Source: Microcoleus sp.
Lineage (GTDB): Bacteria > Cyanobacteriota > Cyanobacteriia > Cyanobacteriales > Microcoleaceae
DNA: 64,000 bases
Direction: 5' to 3'
NCBI GenBank assembly: GCA_052279835.1
Contig: CP181291.1
Span: 704,001-768,000, forward strand
The notes under the pieces are model-generated. The model worked only from the letters and a program-made list of their open reading frames with translations, was not told the DNA's origin and made no database searches. Below are positions 1-11,568 of the stretch, in pieces; position 1 is the first letter of the stretch, and each line of letters opens with the position of its first letter. Made by a program: the position numbers and the translations under genes.

Positions 1-170
1 GGGATACCACGATGAACCCGGAAACTCGGACACTGAAACGAGTGGAAATCGATGACGCTGCCGAGGCCGATCGCATCTTTACCATCTTAATGGGCGATCG
101 AGTCGCACCCCGGCGCGAATTCATCGAAACCTACGGTCCCAAACTCAACCTGCTGGACTTAGACATCTAA
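1..170 (+). CDS. gyrB: DNA gyrase subunit B, C-terminal end (partial, runs off window)
   Basis: Manual translation [42 protein letters not shown]...LDI*, the conserved GyrB C-terminus; TAA at 168-170. Confidence 0.95.
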   Translation, partial: DTTMNPETRTLKRVEIDDAAEADRIFTILMGDRVAPRREFIETYGPKLNLLDLDI

Positions 171-174
171 GTTG

Positions 175-237
175 GTCAGTAGTCAGTAGTCAGTAGTCGT
201 CAGTAGCTAACAACCAATGACTGACGACTACTGACTA
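175..237. repeat. Heptamer (GTCAGTA) STRR-type repeat forming an inverted hairpin after gyrB
   Basis: gtcagtagtcgtcagt ... ctgacgactactgac complementary arms. Confidence 0.75.
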
Positions 238-457
238 AACTGTTTGTGTCTTTGACAGCAACCGCCAAGATGCTGAGGACGTTTTCAATGGCCCAGAACA
301 TTGATTTTCTGCCTTCTGCCTTCTGCCCAGTATAGGTTTTGTTATAAAAATTAATACAATCTCTCATTAAATCAGTCTAAGGTAATAACTTAGGTATTTT
401 TTAGATTGTTGGCGCATCCATCGACAACCACGAAAATAGAAAGTTGGACAATATATT

Positions 458-1174
458 ATGAGCATCAATTTAGCGACCAAATTGCGTGAAGGAACGAAAA
501 AATCTCACACAATGGCAGAAAATGTCGGTTTTGTCAAGTGCTTTTTAAAAGGCGTTGTAGAAAAGACATCTTACCGGAAATTAGTAGGCAACCTCTACTT
601 TGTATACTCCGCCATAGAAGAGGAAATGGAACGCCAAAAACAGCATCCGGTGATTTCAAAAATTTACTTTTCTGAGTTGAATCGGAAACAAAGTCTAGAA
701 AAAGATTTGTACTATTACTACGGCGTGAATTGGCGGGAACAGGTAGCTCCCTCAGCAGCAGCAAAAGCTTACATCGAGCGAATTCACAAAATTTCAGCCA
801 CCGCACCAGAACTGTTAGTGGCTCATTCTTACACTCGCTATCTCGGCGATTTATCCGGCGGACAAATCCTCAAGGGCATTGCTCAGCGGGGAATGAACCT
901 TACCGAGGGAGAAGGTACTGCTTTTTATGAATTCCAGGATATTCCTGATGAAAAAGAGTTCAAAACTAAGTACCGTCAAGCAATGAATGAATTGCCCATT
1001 GACGAAGCCACAGCAGAGCGAATTGTGGACGAAGCTAATGCGGCTTTTGGCATGAACATGAAGATGTTCATGGAGTTAGAAGGCAACTTGATTAAAGCGG
1101 TTGGTCAAATGTTGTTCAATACCCTGACGCGGAAACGCGGTGGTGGGAGTACCGAATTGGCTACGGCTGATTAA
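458..1174 (+). CDS. ho1: Heme oxygenase (biliverdin-producing)
   Basis: LREGTKKSHTMAEN, AHSYTRYLGDLSGGQIL motifs; 238 aa. Confidence 0.96.
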   Translation: MSINLATKLREGTKKSHTMAENVGFVKCFLKGVVEKTSYRKLVGNLYFVYSAIEEEMERQKQHPVISKIYFSELNRKQSLEKDLYYYYGVNWREQVAPSAAAKAYIERIHKISATAPELLVAHSYTRYLGDLSGGQILKGIAQRGMNLTEGEGTAFYEFQDIPDEKEFKTKYRQAMNELPIDEATAERIVDEANAAFGMNMKMFMELEGNLIKAVGQMLFNTLTRKRGGGSTELATAD

Positions 1175-1223
1175 GTTAAAGTTCCCTTACCATAAGTTTA
1201 ATCTCGTTAATAGAGCAAAATTT

Positions 1224-1277
1224 GAAATCCTGGGGGTTTGATGGCTGGTTTTATAGTCACCAAAGCTCCGGGATTTT
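1224..1277 (+). terminator. Putative hairpin/terminator downstream of ho1
   Basis: aaatcctggggg-tttgatggct ... agtcaccaaagctccgggattt imperfect inverted repeat. Confidence 0.45.
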
Positions 1278-1324
1278 GCATTGTGGGCGATCGACTTTCT
1301 CGATCGGCTTCGAGACACTCGTGT

Positions 1325-1432
1325 CATATCGTTTCCGGTTGTATTGGAATGATTTAACCTTACTAGAACACAGAGGACACAGAGTCCGAGAATAGAAATC
1401 TGAATAATTCAGATGCTACCGGATTTGATATC
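1325..1432. repeat. Dispersed MITE/REP-like repeat (ATATC..TCCGGT ... ACCGGA.TTGATAT ends)
   Basis: Left arm reverse complement matches 38910-38943 (ggttaaatcattccgatacaaccggaattgatat); related copy near 25580-25611. Confidence 0.65.
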
Positions 1433-1466
1433 AAAATTACCCAGATGCTCTACCATACCAAAAGAT

Positions 1467-2147
1467 TTAACGTCCCACACCCCGATTCGGAGGTTCCTCC
1501 GGCACCGTTGGTGAAGCAGACCTCGCCTGTCCCTCCAAATACTTGTTCAAAGCGTAAGCAATGTCGCCACGAGTCATCGGCTTCAAAGGATTAATCTTAT
1601 TAGTTCCCAATTCAATATTGACAAAACCTTCATAAAGTGCAGTCGCCAGAGACTTTCTCGCCCAATTAGGGATTTCCGCCGCATCTGGATAATTAGCTAA
1701 AATCTCAGAAACGTTAACATCGGGAAACTGAAAAACACCATAAGCTTGAGCAAAAATCGCTAAAGCCTCAGCACGAGTCACCCTTTGATTGGGAAAAAAC
1801 ATTCCATCGCGATATCCAGTCATAGTTCCCGTTTTCAAAACAATTTGAATCGCACTATAGGCCCAGTAATTTTTAGCAACATCTGGCAATTCCCGATCGG
1901 CTTTCTGAGAAATTTTCCGGTGTTCTAAACCAAAAGTTTTCACCAAAATTGTAGCCAACTCCGCACGACTGACAAAACCCTCAGCATTAAAATTGCCACG
2001 GGCATCCTTAGTCATCAATCCCGCACTAACCACCCGCTCAATCGGGTCAATCATTAATTGAGCTTGAACGGCTGTCGGGATTCCTTGCAATAGGGCGATC
2101 GTAAAAAAAATGCTAACTAAATTTTTCACGATTTTAAAATAATACAT
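1467..2147 (-). CDS. S-layer homology (SLH) domain protein, signal peptide
   Basis: Repeated SLH motifs (SRAEL, TRAEAL, TRGDIA; FPDV); likely start MYYFKIVK overlapping mfd stop. Confidence 0.88.
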   Translation of the reverse strand: MYYFKIVKNLVSIFFTIALLQGIPTAVQAQLMIDPIERVVSAGLMTKDARGNFNAEGFVSRAELATILVKTFGLEHRKISQKADRELPDVAKNYWAYSAIQIVLKTGTMTGYRDGMFFPNQRVTRAEALAIFAQAYGVFQFPDVNVSEILANYPDAAEIPNWARKSLATALYEGFVNIELGTNKINPLKPMTRGDIAYALNKYLEGQARSASPTVPEEPPNRGVGR

Positions 2148-5100
2148 TTGCTTCCGGCAAAGCACCCTGCATCTTACCCAACCAATCAATCAAATTATCC
2201 AATTGCTTGTCCGCACTCAAAACGGCCATCCCTCGAATAGTAACCTTTCCCTTGCTGTAGACAAAACGAGACTGCAAATGTTCCGGCAAATTAGCCTTAA
2301 GCAACAGCCAAGCAGGCTCCTCCATAGATGTTTCCAAAACAATATGCTGCTTATTTTCCGCTTTAATCCTAGAACAACCAATTTGCTTAGCAATTTGTTT
2401 GAGTTCAACAATACGAATAAGTTGCTTTGCAGGAAGAGGAATCGGCCCATAACGATCGCACCAATCAGCCTGAATCTGCTGCAACTCTTGGGGGGTACTA
2501 GCAGAAGCAACAGAACGATAAGCACTCATCTTCTGATCCAAATCCCCAATATAATCAGCAGGAATAAAAGCCGTCAAACTCAGATCAATTTGAGTATCTT
2601 CAACCTTGGGAATTTCTTGACCCTTAATTTCGCGAATTGCCTCCTCCAACATTTCAGCATACAAATCAAAGCCGATCGCCTCCATTTGACCAGACTGTTC
2701 CGTGCCCAAAATATCACCCGAACCCCGAATTTCCAAATCCCGCATCGCCAACTGATAGCCCGAACCCAACTGAGCGAACTCTTGAATAGCCCGCAACCTT
2801 TGCCTTGCAGCATCAGTCAACTGACTTTGCTTAGGATACAGCAGCCAAGCATGAGCTTGAATACCCGCGCGTCCCACCCGTCCCCGCAACTGGTAAAGTT
2901 GACCCAAACCAAACCGATGGGCGTCTTCAATCAAAATAGTATTGACACGAGGAATATCCAAACCAGACTCAATAATCGTGGTGCAGACCAAAATATCGAA
3001 ATCCGCCGCACTAAAAGTCAGCATAATCGATTCCAATTCCGAAGCATCCATTTGACCATGGGCGATCGCAATTCTCGCAGACGGAACCATCACCTGCAAC
3101 TGAGCAGCCAACTCCTCAATCCCCTCAATCCGGGGCACCACATAAAAAACCTGACCACCCCTGTCTAATTCTTGACGAATAGCCGATCGTACCGCTTCCG
3201 GGTCATAGGGAGCCAAATGGGTCTGAATCGGTCGCCTACTCGGAGGCGGAGTCGCAATCAAACTCATTTCCCGAATCCCCGACAGCGACATATACAAAGT
3301 CCGAGGAATCGGCGTAGCGGTGAGAGTCAGAACATCCACCTCTGTTTTGAGAGCTTTAATAGCTTCCTTTTGCTTAACCCCAAACCGCTGTTCCTCATCC
3401 ACCACCAACAAACCCAAATCCCGAAACTTAATCGCCTTACTCAAAACAGCTTGAGTACCCACAATCACATCTAATTCCCCAGTAGCCAAACGCTTATGAA
3501 TCTCCCGGCGTTCCGTTTCAGTGCGAAAGCGATTGAGCAAACCAACTTGAATAGGATAAGGCGAAAAACGCTCTGAGAGCGTGTGATAGTGTTGCTGGGT
3601 CAAAATCGTCGTCGGTGCGAGCAAAGCCACCTGCTTGCCCGCCGTAACCGCCTTAAAAATCGCTCTCAGAGCCACTTCCGTCTTACCAAAACCGACATCA
3701 CCACAGACCAAACGATCCATAGGTCGATCGCCCTCCATATCCCGTTTCACATCCTGAGTTGCCTTCAACTGATCCGGAGTCGGCTGATAAGGAAAAGAAT
3801 CCTCCAACTCTTGTTGCCAAGGCATATCAGGAGGAAAAGCATACCCTGTTTGTTTAGCTCTTTTAGCATAAAGATTCAACAAATCCACCGCTAATTTCTT
3901 AACAGCTTTACGAACCTTGGTTTTAGTTTTTTCCCAAGTTTGACCTGTGAGTTTGTTCAGTTCCGGCACTTTATCACCCACAGTCCGAAACCTCGACAAA
4001 GCCCCCAATTGGTCAGCGGCGACTCGGAGAGTACCATCAGCATATTGAATCAATAAATATTCGCGAGTTTCGCGATCGATCGTCAAACGCTCCAACTTAA
4101 TAAACTTACCCACTCCATGCTGACGGTGAACCACAAAATCACCAGGGCTTAATTTATTGGGGTCTACTTGTTTAGAAGCAGCACGACGACGCTTGCGAAC
4201 ATAACTAAAAGTAGCTAGAGAATGTTGACCGTAGAATTCCCGATCGCAAATCAAAACAATCCGAAAAGTAGGCAGAATAAAACCTTCCAATTCAGCCAAA
4301 CCGCTGTACTTCAAAGCCACCGGAATATGCTGCAATTGCAACTTATCGATCGCCAAATAATCCCGCGGATTCACCACAAACTGAGCCGGACAGTCATGTT
4401 CCGAAAGCAGAGAAACAGAGCGACTCGGTTGAGCCGAAACCAGAAACACCGAAAAACCGCGATCGCGCTCCTCCCGGAGCATTTGAGATAACTTAGCAAA
4501 CTGGTGAGGCATCACCGGCACCGGGCGAGAAGCCAAATTAATCGCACCAGAAACAGAAACAGAAGATTCAGCCAATTCCGAAAGATAAAGTCGAGGAAAA
4601 GCTTCCACATCCGCCATAGACTCAGCAAAAGAGCGGTGAATCTTAGGAACAGAAACAATTAAACTTTCCCATTGCTCCCGAGCACCTTCAAACCAACGAT
4701 CGCAGTGAGCCTCACACTGAGCCGGTTCATCAATAGCCACCAAAGTATTTGACGGCAAATAATCCAAAATAGAAGCAGGCTGCTCAAAAGCCAAACCCAA
4801 CAACCCCTTAATCACCTTCCCTACCCCTTCTTCCCCCTCTTCCCCATTCCCCCCTTGGGGGGGGGCAGGGGGGGGTTCTTCCTTCGCGCCCTTCGCGCCT
4901 TCGCGGTTCGATTTCAAACTCCACCTTTCACCCAAAGCCCCCCGCACAATCCCCCCAAAATCCGTAGGAGTCAAAACCAAGCGATCGATCTTATCAAGCG
5001 ATCGCTGAGAAGACGGGTCAAACTCCCGAATTTGCTCCAAATCATCCCCAAACCATTCCAGACGCACCGGCAACTCCGCAGCCACCGGAAACACATCCAC

Positions 5101-5664
5101 AATATCGCCCCGACGACTCCACTGGCCCTCCATTTCGACTAGAGGCACCCGATCGTAACCCATCGAAACAAGTTGGCGGTCTAAAATCTTCGAGTCTTGA
5201 ACCATACCTCGCGCCAAAGTCAGACAATAGGGTGCAAAAGCAGCAGGTGGCGGCAAATGAGACTGGAGAGCCCGCGCTGTAGCGACAATCGCCATCGGCT
5301 TAGAATTAGTAGTGATTTCTGGTTGCTGGACCAAATCCGCCAGCACCTGCATTTGCCCCCAAGTCATTTCGCTCTCATCGGAGTAAGATAGCTCGTAGGG
5401 CGAAGCCTCCGAAGTCGGGTAAAAATGCACAGTCTGCCAGCCCATCGCCTCCAGCCCAGCCACCCAACGGCCAGCTTCTTCCAGAGTTGCTGTGACGACG
5501 AGTAAACTTTGCCCTTCTTGCTGGGCGAGGGCTGAAGCTACCAAACCTTTCGGTAGGCGGGCTACGCCGGAGAGTTGCACGTACCCATGGCGCTTGAGTT
5601 TGTTGAGTAGTTCTGTGGCTAGGGGCGATCGCCCCAGAGTCCGAATGATTGAAGAGAAAGTCAT
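2134..5664 (-). CDS. mfd: Transcription-repair coupling factor
   Basis: UvrB-like N-term, RID ([11 protein letters not shown]), SF2 motifs [36 protein letters not shown]-term. Confidence 0.97.
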   Translation of the reverse strand: MTFSSIIRTLGRSPLATELLNKLKRHGYVQLSGVARLPKGLVASALAQQEGQSLLVVTATLEEAGRWVAGLEAMGWQTVHFYPTSEASPYELSYSDESEMTWGQMQVLADLVQQPEITTNSKPMAIVATARALQSHLPPPAAFAPYCLTLARGMVQDSKILDRQLVSMGYDRVPLVEMEGQWSRRGDIVDVFPVAAELPVRLEWFGDDLEQIREFDPSSQRSLDKIDRLVLTPTDFGGIVRGALGERWSLKSNREGAKGAKEEPPPAPPQGGNGEEGEEGVGKVIKGLLGLAFEQPASILDYLPSNTLVAIDEPAQCEAHCDRWFEGAREQWESLIVSVPKIHRSFAESMADVEAFPRLYLSELAESSVSVSGAINLASRPVPVMPHQFAKLSQMLREERDRGFSVFLVSAQPSRSVSLLSEHDCPAQFVVNPRDYLAIDKLQLQHIPVALKYSGLAELEGFILPTFRIVLICDREFYGQHSLATFSYVRKRRRAASKQVDPNKLSPGDFVVHRQHGVGKFIKLERLTIDRETREYLLIQYADGTLRVAADQLGALSRFRTVGDKVPELNKLTGQTWEKTKTKVRKAVKKLAVDLLNLYAKRAKQTGYAFPPDMPWQQELEDSFPYQPTPDQLKATQDVKRDMEGDRPMDRLVCGDVGFGKTEVALRAIFKAVTAGKQVALLAPTTILTQQHYHTLSERFSPYPIQVGLLNRFRTETERREIHKRLATGELDVIVGTQAVLSKAIKFRDLGLLVVDEEQRFGVKQKEAIKALKTEVDVLTLTATPIPRTLYMSLSGIREMSLIATPPPSRRPIQTHLAPYDPEAVRSAIRQELDRGGQVFYVVPRIEGIEELAAQLQVMVPSARIAIAHGQMDASELESIMLTFSAADFDILVCTTIIESGLDIPRVNTILIEDAHRFGLGQLYQLRGRVGRAGIQAHAWLLYPKQSQLTDAARQRLRAIQEFAQLGSGYQLAMRDLEIRGSGDILGTEQSGQMEAIGFDLYAEMLEEAIREIKGQEIPKVEDTQIDLSLTAFIPADYIGDLDQKMSAYRSVASASTPQELQQIQADWCDRYGPIPLPAKQLIRIVELKQIAKQIGCSRIKAENKQHIVLETSMEEPAWLLLKANLPEHLQSRFVYSKGKVTIRGMAVLSADKQLDNLIDWLGKMQGALPEANVLF

Positions 5665-5955
5665 GGGCTGTTAATTTTTAATCCCCGATCGGCAAAGGCT
5701 CTTTCTCTTTGCCTGTTAAGGAGATTGTACGACAAACATCATTGATTGTGTCGAGGATCTGTTGTCGCCGAGGAACTTAACAGAGGGTTAATTTTTGGTC
5801 TAATATATCGAGGCTGCGATCGAAACGAGCGAGTTCCGTTAATCTAGGTACAGGATTGATAGCGAAAAAATTTCGATTTTGCGATCGAGATTGAAAGCTT
5901 TCAGGCCTCTCCTTTAACCGGGCTGTGCTTGCCGTTACCACTGATAATTTGAGAA

Positions 5956-7287
5956 ATGTCCCCAAGTACCGACCTTCTGATTGTTCTGCTGCTGATTTTC
6001 CTCAATGGCTTATTTGTGATGTCAGAGATGGCCATCATCTCAGTACGCAAGGTAAGACTGCAACAGATGGCCAACCAAGGTTCGACCAATGCCCGCGTCG
6101 CATTGGATCTAGCTAATGCCCCCAATCAGTTCTTACCCACAGTTCAAATCGGGATTACGCTGCTGGCGATTCTGTCGGGCGCTTTTGGAGAAACGACTAT
6201 TTCTAAAAGAGTAGAGCCTTTGTTGCGACTGATTCCTGCCCTAGCGCCCTACTCAGGGGCGATCGCCTCAGTCATCGCAATTTTAACCATAACTTATCTG
6301 ACCATAATTATTGGCGAACTCGTGCCCAAGCGACTAGCACTCAACAACCCAGAGCCGATCGCCTCCAGCGTAGCCATTCCCATGCGAATGCTCTCAAAAA
6401 TTGGTGCTCCCGCCGTCTATGTTTTAAGTTATTCTACTGAATTAGTGCTGCGGCTCATGGGGATTTTGCCCTCGACAGAACCGCAAGTTACAGAAGAAGA
6501 AATTAAAGTGTTAATCGAGCAAGGAACCGAAGCCGGCACCTTTGAAGAAGCCGAACAAGATATGGTAGAAAGGGTGTTTCGTTTGGGCGATCGACGAGTC
6601 AGCGCCTTAATGACACCGCGTCCCGATCTTACCTGGCTCGATCTCGACGATTCAGTAGAAGAAAATCGCCAAAAAATGCTTGGCAGCGGTCATTCTAGGT
6701 TTCCGGTGTGTCAGGGAGGCCTCGACAACGTTGTCGGTTTAGTACACGTCACAGATATGCTGTCACGGACTTTAACTGGTCAACCCCTCGATTTAAGCGC
6801 TTCTTTACGAAGACCTTTATTTGTACCAGAAAGCACGCGGGGTTTAAAAGTATTAGAACTTTTCAAGCAATCTAGCAATCAAATAGCCTTGGTAGTAGAC
6901 GAATATGGCGTGATTCAAGGATTGGTTACAGTTAACGACATTTTAGTCGAACTCGTGGGAGAATTTCCCTCTATTGAAGATGCCGACGAGCCACAAGCCG
7001 TCCAACGGGAAGACGGTTCTTGGCTGTTAGATGGAATGCTACCAGTCGAAGATTTTTTTGAGATGTTTGGCATCGAAGAATTGTCAGCCGAAAACAAAGG
7101 AAGTTACCACACAATGGGCGGTTTTGTGATTACAAATTTGGGCAAAATTCCCGCAGCCGCCGATCACTTTGAGTGGAACAGTTTGCGTGTCGAAGTAGTA
7201 GATATGGACGGGAACCGAGTTGATAAAATCTTGGTAATGCCGATCGACAAAGCAGGGAATCTACCCCTAAGCAATCCACAAACGTGA
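5956..7287 (+). CDS. HlyC/CorC (CNNM) family transporter with CBS domains
   Basis: N-terminal TM DUF21 (IGELVPKRLA), CBS pair (SRFPV, VVDEYG), CorC C-term. Confidence 0.92.
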   Translation: MSPSTDLLIVLLLIFLNGLFVMSEMAIISVRKVRLQQMANQGSTNARVALDLANAPNQFLPTVQIGITLLAILSGAFGETTISKRVEPLLRLIPALAPYSGAIASVIAILTITYLTIIIGELVPKRLALNNPEPIASSVAIPMRMLSKIGAPAVYVLSYSTELVLRLMGILPSTEPQVTEEEIKVLIEQGTEAGTFEEAEQDMVERVFRLGDRRVSALMTPRPDLTWLDLDDSVEENRQKMLGSGHSRFPVCQGGLDNVVGLVHVTDMLSRTLTGQPLDLSASLRRPLFVPESTRGLKVLELFKQSSNQIALVVDEYGVIQGLVTVNDILVELVGEFPSIEDADEPQAVQREDGSWLLDGMLPVEDFFEMFGIEELSAENKGSYHTMGGFVITNLGKIPAAADHFEWNSLRVEVVDMDGNRVDKILVMPIDKAGNLPLSNPQT

Positions 7288-7492
7288 CAGACTCCCACAT
7301 CAAGCCAATTGCAGCTACTTGTGCGATCGCGTAGCCGAAGTATGATGTGGGCTTCTTAACAGCCCTAGCGAGGGCGTACCCGACTCCTTAGCCAAGAAGA
7401 ATATAAGTCCCGTTGAGATCAATCGATCGGGGAATAAACTCTAGAATAACATCCATCTTAGTTCCTTCTCACCCATACGTAGAGACTCTGGC

Positions 7493-8821
7493 TCATCGCT
7501 TCTTCTTATTTTTTTCATCCTGCCGCAACACTTCTAAAATAGAACTACCCACATAATTACTAAAAACCACTTCTCCCGCTTTGTTATAATGACAGCAGCT
7601 ATCCACATAAACAGCATCTTTAGTCTTGTCAAAAACCTTAACCCCATTAAATATATCAATCTTATTTTTTTCTAAATTAGGCAACTTTTTAAACAGAGCC
7701 GGATACCCAATTTCCACTGCCTTAGCATAGGGAGTATCCTGATTAAAAGCAATCTGCTTTTCGGCGGCGCTAAACACCCTTTTTGTCTGATAATACTGAT
7801 TGGGCTGGAGTATATGAACATAAGGCACATTGCTAGCAGACAAAACTTTGTGCATAAAAATCGAACTCTTTGCCCAATTCCATGCCATTTCTTCAAATGC
7901 TAGCCCATCCTGTGCCACAGACTTATTAGTATTAAGATAAATAACGCTCCCCTCATCTTGTTGTTTAGTGCGTTCTTTTTCAAACTTAATCACATCTGTT
8001 TTATAATTATTTATTAAGTTTTGAATATACACTGAATAGAAAGCATCACACGCCGCCAAACTACAGTGTTGCAAACTTTCCAAAGCCTGATTAATCTTAG
8101 CTTTATTTTCTTTAATTCTGATAGTTGCTTTCATCGCTTTTGTAGAAAGGCTATTATTCGCCAAGTTAGTCAACGGCAAGATATGCTGAATGCTTGGCAT
8201 CGCTAAATCGACCTTATTTTTATTGTTTAAATTAGAAAGGGCTACTTCATTGAAGCCATCTATATTTACAACCAGATCGAATTCTTGACGAAGGGCTAAG
8301 AAATAGTTTAAAATTAACAATTGTTGGGGCTGTTTATAGCCTCCGGTAGCAAAAGACAAAATTACAAATTCTCGATTTTTCAAACTAGGCAACTGCTTGA
8401 TATATTCAGGCAAAATTTTATTCTGTATTTCAAATATTGAATAATTAGAAGCAACAGAACCGCCAAATACCCCAATAATAAATTGATTTTTGTTAGTCTT
8501 TTTTAAAGGGTAATCGTAAGGAGAAATAAACCCATAGTTATTGACTTTAAAACCGGGGCGAAAATCAGCACTCGGTTTTTGAACAAATCCGAAAAAAGGA
8601 TGAAATCTTTCGACTATAGACTCATTTAATCGTACTCCTTCCAAATTAATTCCCAAGGCAGATTTATCTAACGGTTTTTGTCTGGCATAGAAAAATTGCT
8701 TGTGTTTCACAAAATACCATCCCAGGGAACCGAGTTCGAGGAAAACGAGTAAAAGCACTAAGTTCACTAAAGCAATCTTGAGAAAATCTTGTCCTTTTTT
8801 GATAAATTTTAAATCTTTCAT
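7493..8821 (-). CDS. Membrane-anchored SGNH-like protein (paralog B)
   Basis: N-terminal TM; GVFGGSVA, GGYKQPQQ, NIDGFNE, DSCCHYN motifs. Confidence 0.7.
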   Translation of the reverse strand: MKDLKFIKKGQDFLKIALVNLVLLLVFLELGSLGWYFVKHKQFFYARQKPLDKSALGINLEGVRLNESIVERFHPFFGFVQKPSADFRPGFKVNNYGFISPYDYPLKKTNKNQFIIGVFGGSVASNYSIFEIQNKILPEYIKQLPSLKNREFVILSFATGGYKQPQQLLILNYFLALRQEFDLVVNIDGFNEVALSNLNNKNKVDLAMPSIQHILPLTNLANNSLSTKAMKATIRIKENKAKINQALESLQHCSLAACDAFYSVYIQNLINNYKTDVIKFEKERTKQQDEGSVIYLNTNKSVAQDGLAFEEMAWNWAKSSIFMHKVLSASNVPYVHILQPNQYYQTKRVFSAAEKQIAFNQDTPYAKAVEIGYPALFKKLPNLEKNKIDIFNGVKVFDKTKDAVYVDSCCHYNKAGEVVFSNYVGSSILEVLRQDEKNKKKR

Positions 8822-8827
8822 AAACCT

Positions 8828-10165
8828 CTATTTCGACTTCCTTGCTACTTTAATAATTGAACTGGAAATATAGTTAGCAAATAATTCCTGTCCTACTAAA
8901 TTATAGTGACAGCAGGAATCTTTGTAAACAATTTCTTTGGTATTGTCCAAGATATTCACTCCATTAAATACATTGACTCCGGCTTTTTGCAAATCATCAA
9001 CTTTTGACAAAAGCAGCGGATAGCCTTTTGTTACCCCTTCCATGTAAGGACTATCTTTGCTAATGGCAAATGCTTTTTCCTTTTTTGGAAATATCCGTTT
9101 GGTTTGATAATATTGGTTGGGCTGAATAAAGTGAAAATAGGGAATTTTTCTACTTGATAAAATTTGATTCATCATTACCGAAGAGTCGTACCACATCGAT
9201 ACCATTTTGGTAAAAGCATCAGTATCATCTAAAACAGTATCAGATTTGGGAATATAGACAGTACCGCTATTTTTGGGGTCGGTTTTAGACTCTTTTACTT
9301 GTTTGTCGTACTTGATAATTTCTTGTTGGTAATCTTTGAGTAATAGCCTCACCTGTATTGAGATAACAGCATTACACAAAGCCAATCTACAAGTTTGTAA
9401 TTCAGCAATTGTTGTTCTCAATTGTTTTTTAGTTTCATTAATTTTCACGATGGCAGCCATAGCTTCCGGTGACAAGTTATCATTAGCTAAATCAGTTAAT
9501 GCTTGAACGTGTTGAACGCTTGGCATTCCTAGCTCTAATTGGGATTTGTTGTTTAAATTTGACAACGCTACTTCGTTAAAACCGTCAATATTAACTACCA
9601 TGTCAAACTCTTGACCCACCGCTATAAAGTAGTTTAAGACCAATAATTGTTGGGGCTGTTTGTAACCACCATTGGCAAAATTTAAAACAATAATTTCTTT
9701 GTTGGCAAATTCTGGATAACTTTTTAACTTCCTAGATAACATGGTACTTTCGTATTCATCCACGGCGAGGTTGTTGGCTACCGAACCGCCAAAAATCCCG
9801 ATAATAAATTGATTTTTACTGGTTTTAGCAAAAGGATATTGTAGGGGAGTATAAAAACCGCTCTTGTTGACTTTTAAATTATATTTTTTATTGCTAAAAG
9901 CACCTTGTTTCATGACATAGCCAAAAAACGGGTGCAGTCTTTCAATGGTGGAGTCATCTAGCCGAATTCCGATTCTTTGAATGTCCTCTACTACTGGTTC
10001 TTTTGTTTTATTTCTGGTATAAAACAATTGATTTTGAGTGAGAAAATAAAAAGCTAGGGACAAAGATTCCAGGCAAATAAATATGATGGCAAAATTAATA
10101 GCGATTACACTAAATAAATTTTTGCCTTTGTTTATAGCTTTTGAATCTTTCATCAGATTTGACAT
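8828..10165 (-). CDS. Membrane-anchored SGNH-like protein (paralog A)
   Basis: Same motif set as the adjacent ORF; tandem paralog. Confidence 0.7.
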   Translation of the reverse strand: MSNLMKDSKAINKGKNLFSVIAINFAIIFICLESLSLAFYFLTQNQLFYTRNKTKEPVVEDIQRIGIRLDDSTIERLHPFFGYVMKQGAFSNKKYNLKVNKSGFYTPLQYPFAKTSKNQFIIGIFGGSVANNLAVDEYESTMLSRKLKSYPEFANKEIIVLNFANGGYKQPQQLLVLNYFIAVGQEFDMVVNIDGFNEVALSNLNNKSQLELGMPSVQHVQALTDLANDNLSPEAMAAIVKINETKKQLRTTIAELQTCRLALCNAVISIQVRLLLKDYQQEIIKYDKQVKESKTDPKNSGTVYIPKSDTVLDDTDAFTKMVSMWYDSSVMMNQILSSRKIPYFHFIQPNQYYQTKRIFPKKEKAFAISKDSPYMEGVTKGYPLLLSKVDDLQKAGVNVFNGVNILDNTKEIVYKDSCCHYNLVGQELFANYISSSIIKVARKSK

Positions 10166-10166
10166 A

Positions 10167-11399
10167 CTAACGTGGACTCTTTGAAAGTTGAGGTTGCTTC
10201 AAATTTTCGCACAAATTTCGATTAATCATGATGCTAGCTAGCCGATGTCCAAGTTGATTCCAGTGGCCTCCACAGTTGACATAATTCTCAAAACCGTGGG
10301 CGCAAACCTGATATTTGTCAGTGTATGCTTGAAACTGTTCGGCTAAACTCAGCACCCGCACACCCTGGGCTCTACCGAAGTCGTCCAGTCGGCGATTGGG
10401 GTAAAACAAGTCCTGAATGTTGTTTTCTTCGATCAACTTTTGTCGCAGGGCAACATCTGGATGAACCTGAGTTGGATCGCCGATGGTTACAAGTAAGAAA
10501 TCAGCTTTTTTTTGGACTACTTCATCCCGCATTGTCAAAATCAAACCCTCTGTAATTTTCCAAGCATCTTGCCAAGCGGCATCGGTTGGGGCCTTAAAAT
10601 TCTGGGTGCTTAAGTTTGTAAAATCATTCGATAACTGTTGCTTTTTTCTCTCTAATTCTACCTTTTTCACAACTTGCAAAATGCGGGAGTTGTTGACTAA
10701 CCAAGTGGGTAGTTTGTCGATCGCAGAAACGGCATAACGGTTGCGATCGATGGGAAGTAAAGTCCGAAAAGACATATCTGGAACTAACTTACCACTAGCA
10801 TCATACACAAAAAATGGTCGATAGCGATCGTATTCTAGTTTCGGTGAATTATTAATTACATCATTGCCAATAAAAAAAGCAAGGACTACGATATCAGGGC
10901 TGTAATCCCACACTTTTTTCCGCAACATAACTAATTCTTGAGCCGTGCTGTAACCCTGGACTCCAAAATTGATGACTTCAACTTTTTTGCGTCCTTTGAC
11001 GGCTTCGCAATTGGCCAGTTTCCGTTCCAATTTTGACCAGAAAGTTTGTTCGATAGGTACGTGAATGGCTTCGGTGAAAGAATCCCCCAAAACTGCTACT
11101 CGCAAAGTATTGGGAGGTTTAGCTTTGGTGTGTTCGCGATCGCGCAAACCCTCGCTATTCACCTGGACAAAACTCGCGCCTTCCCCCTTCCACTCCCCCG
11201 ACACACCGGGTTTGAGTTTCCAGCCCAAATCGCGATCGGCAGTATGGAAACCTGTTGGTGCAGAGTCTACCAAATCTCCAATTTTGGGGTAGCCTTGAAT
11301 CCCAGCAACTCGCAATCCCAATTCACCAATTATCACCCCCATGAATAAACCGCCGAGTGTCAAACCTACGTTGACACCCAAAGTTTTCAATTTGCTCAT
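10167..11399 (-). CDS. SGNH/GDSL hydrolase-family protein (AlgJ/SxtL-like)
   Basis: LGDSFTE, NFGVQGY, GND, GGHWN; N-terminal TM; likely start MSKLKTLG at 11399. Confidence 0.85.
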   Translation of the reverse strand: MSKLKTLGVNVGLTLGGLFMGVIIGELGLRVAGIQGYPKIGDLVDSAPTGFHTADRDLGWKLKPGVSGEWKGEGASFVQVNSEGLRDREHTKAKPPNTLRVAVLGDSFTEAIHVPIEQTFWSKLERKLANCEAVKGRKKVEVINFGVQGYSTAQELVMLRKKVWDYSPDIVVLAFFIGNDVINNSPKLEYDRYRPFFVYDASGKLVPDMSFRTLLPIDRNRYAVSAIDKLPTWLVNNSRILQVVKKVELERKKQQLSNDFTNLSTQNFKAPTDAAWQDAWKITEGLILTMRDEVVQKKADFLLVTIGDPTQVHPDVALRQKLIEENNIQDLFYPNRRLDDFGRAQGVRVLSLAEQFQAYTDKYQVCAHGFENYVNCGGHWNQLGHRLASIMINRNLCENLKQPQLSKSPR

Positions 11400-11403
11400 T
11401 CTG

Positions 11404-11568
11404 TCAAAACAAAGTGTAAATAAAGGGAGCAATTACAGAACCCTGACTGAGTACAATCAAAGCTCCTAAAAATACTAAAGTGACAATTAAGGGCAACAGC
11501 CAATACTTTTGGCGTTCTTTCATAAACGCCCACAAGTCTTTGAGAAAGTCTAATGTTGATTCAAACAC
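11404..11568 (-). CDS. SxtK/DUF5989-like small membrane peptide (54 aa), absent from ORF track
   Basis: Manual translation from GTG: MFESTLDFLKDLWAFMKERQKYWLLPLIVTLVFLGALIVLSQGSVIAPFIYTLF*; abuts the stop of the sxtJ-like gene. Confidence 0.9.
   Translation of the reverse strand: MFESTLDFLKDLWAFMKERQKYWLLPLIVTLVFLGALIVLSQGSVIAPFIYTLF

Noticed and set aside
2203..5391. Long antisense ORFs inside mfd (similarly inside secA, fusA, tuf, Roco and the GAF gene)
   Set aside because: They are shadow frames of well-conserved genes with no recognisable motifs.
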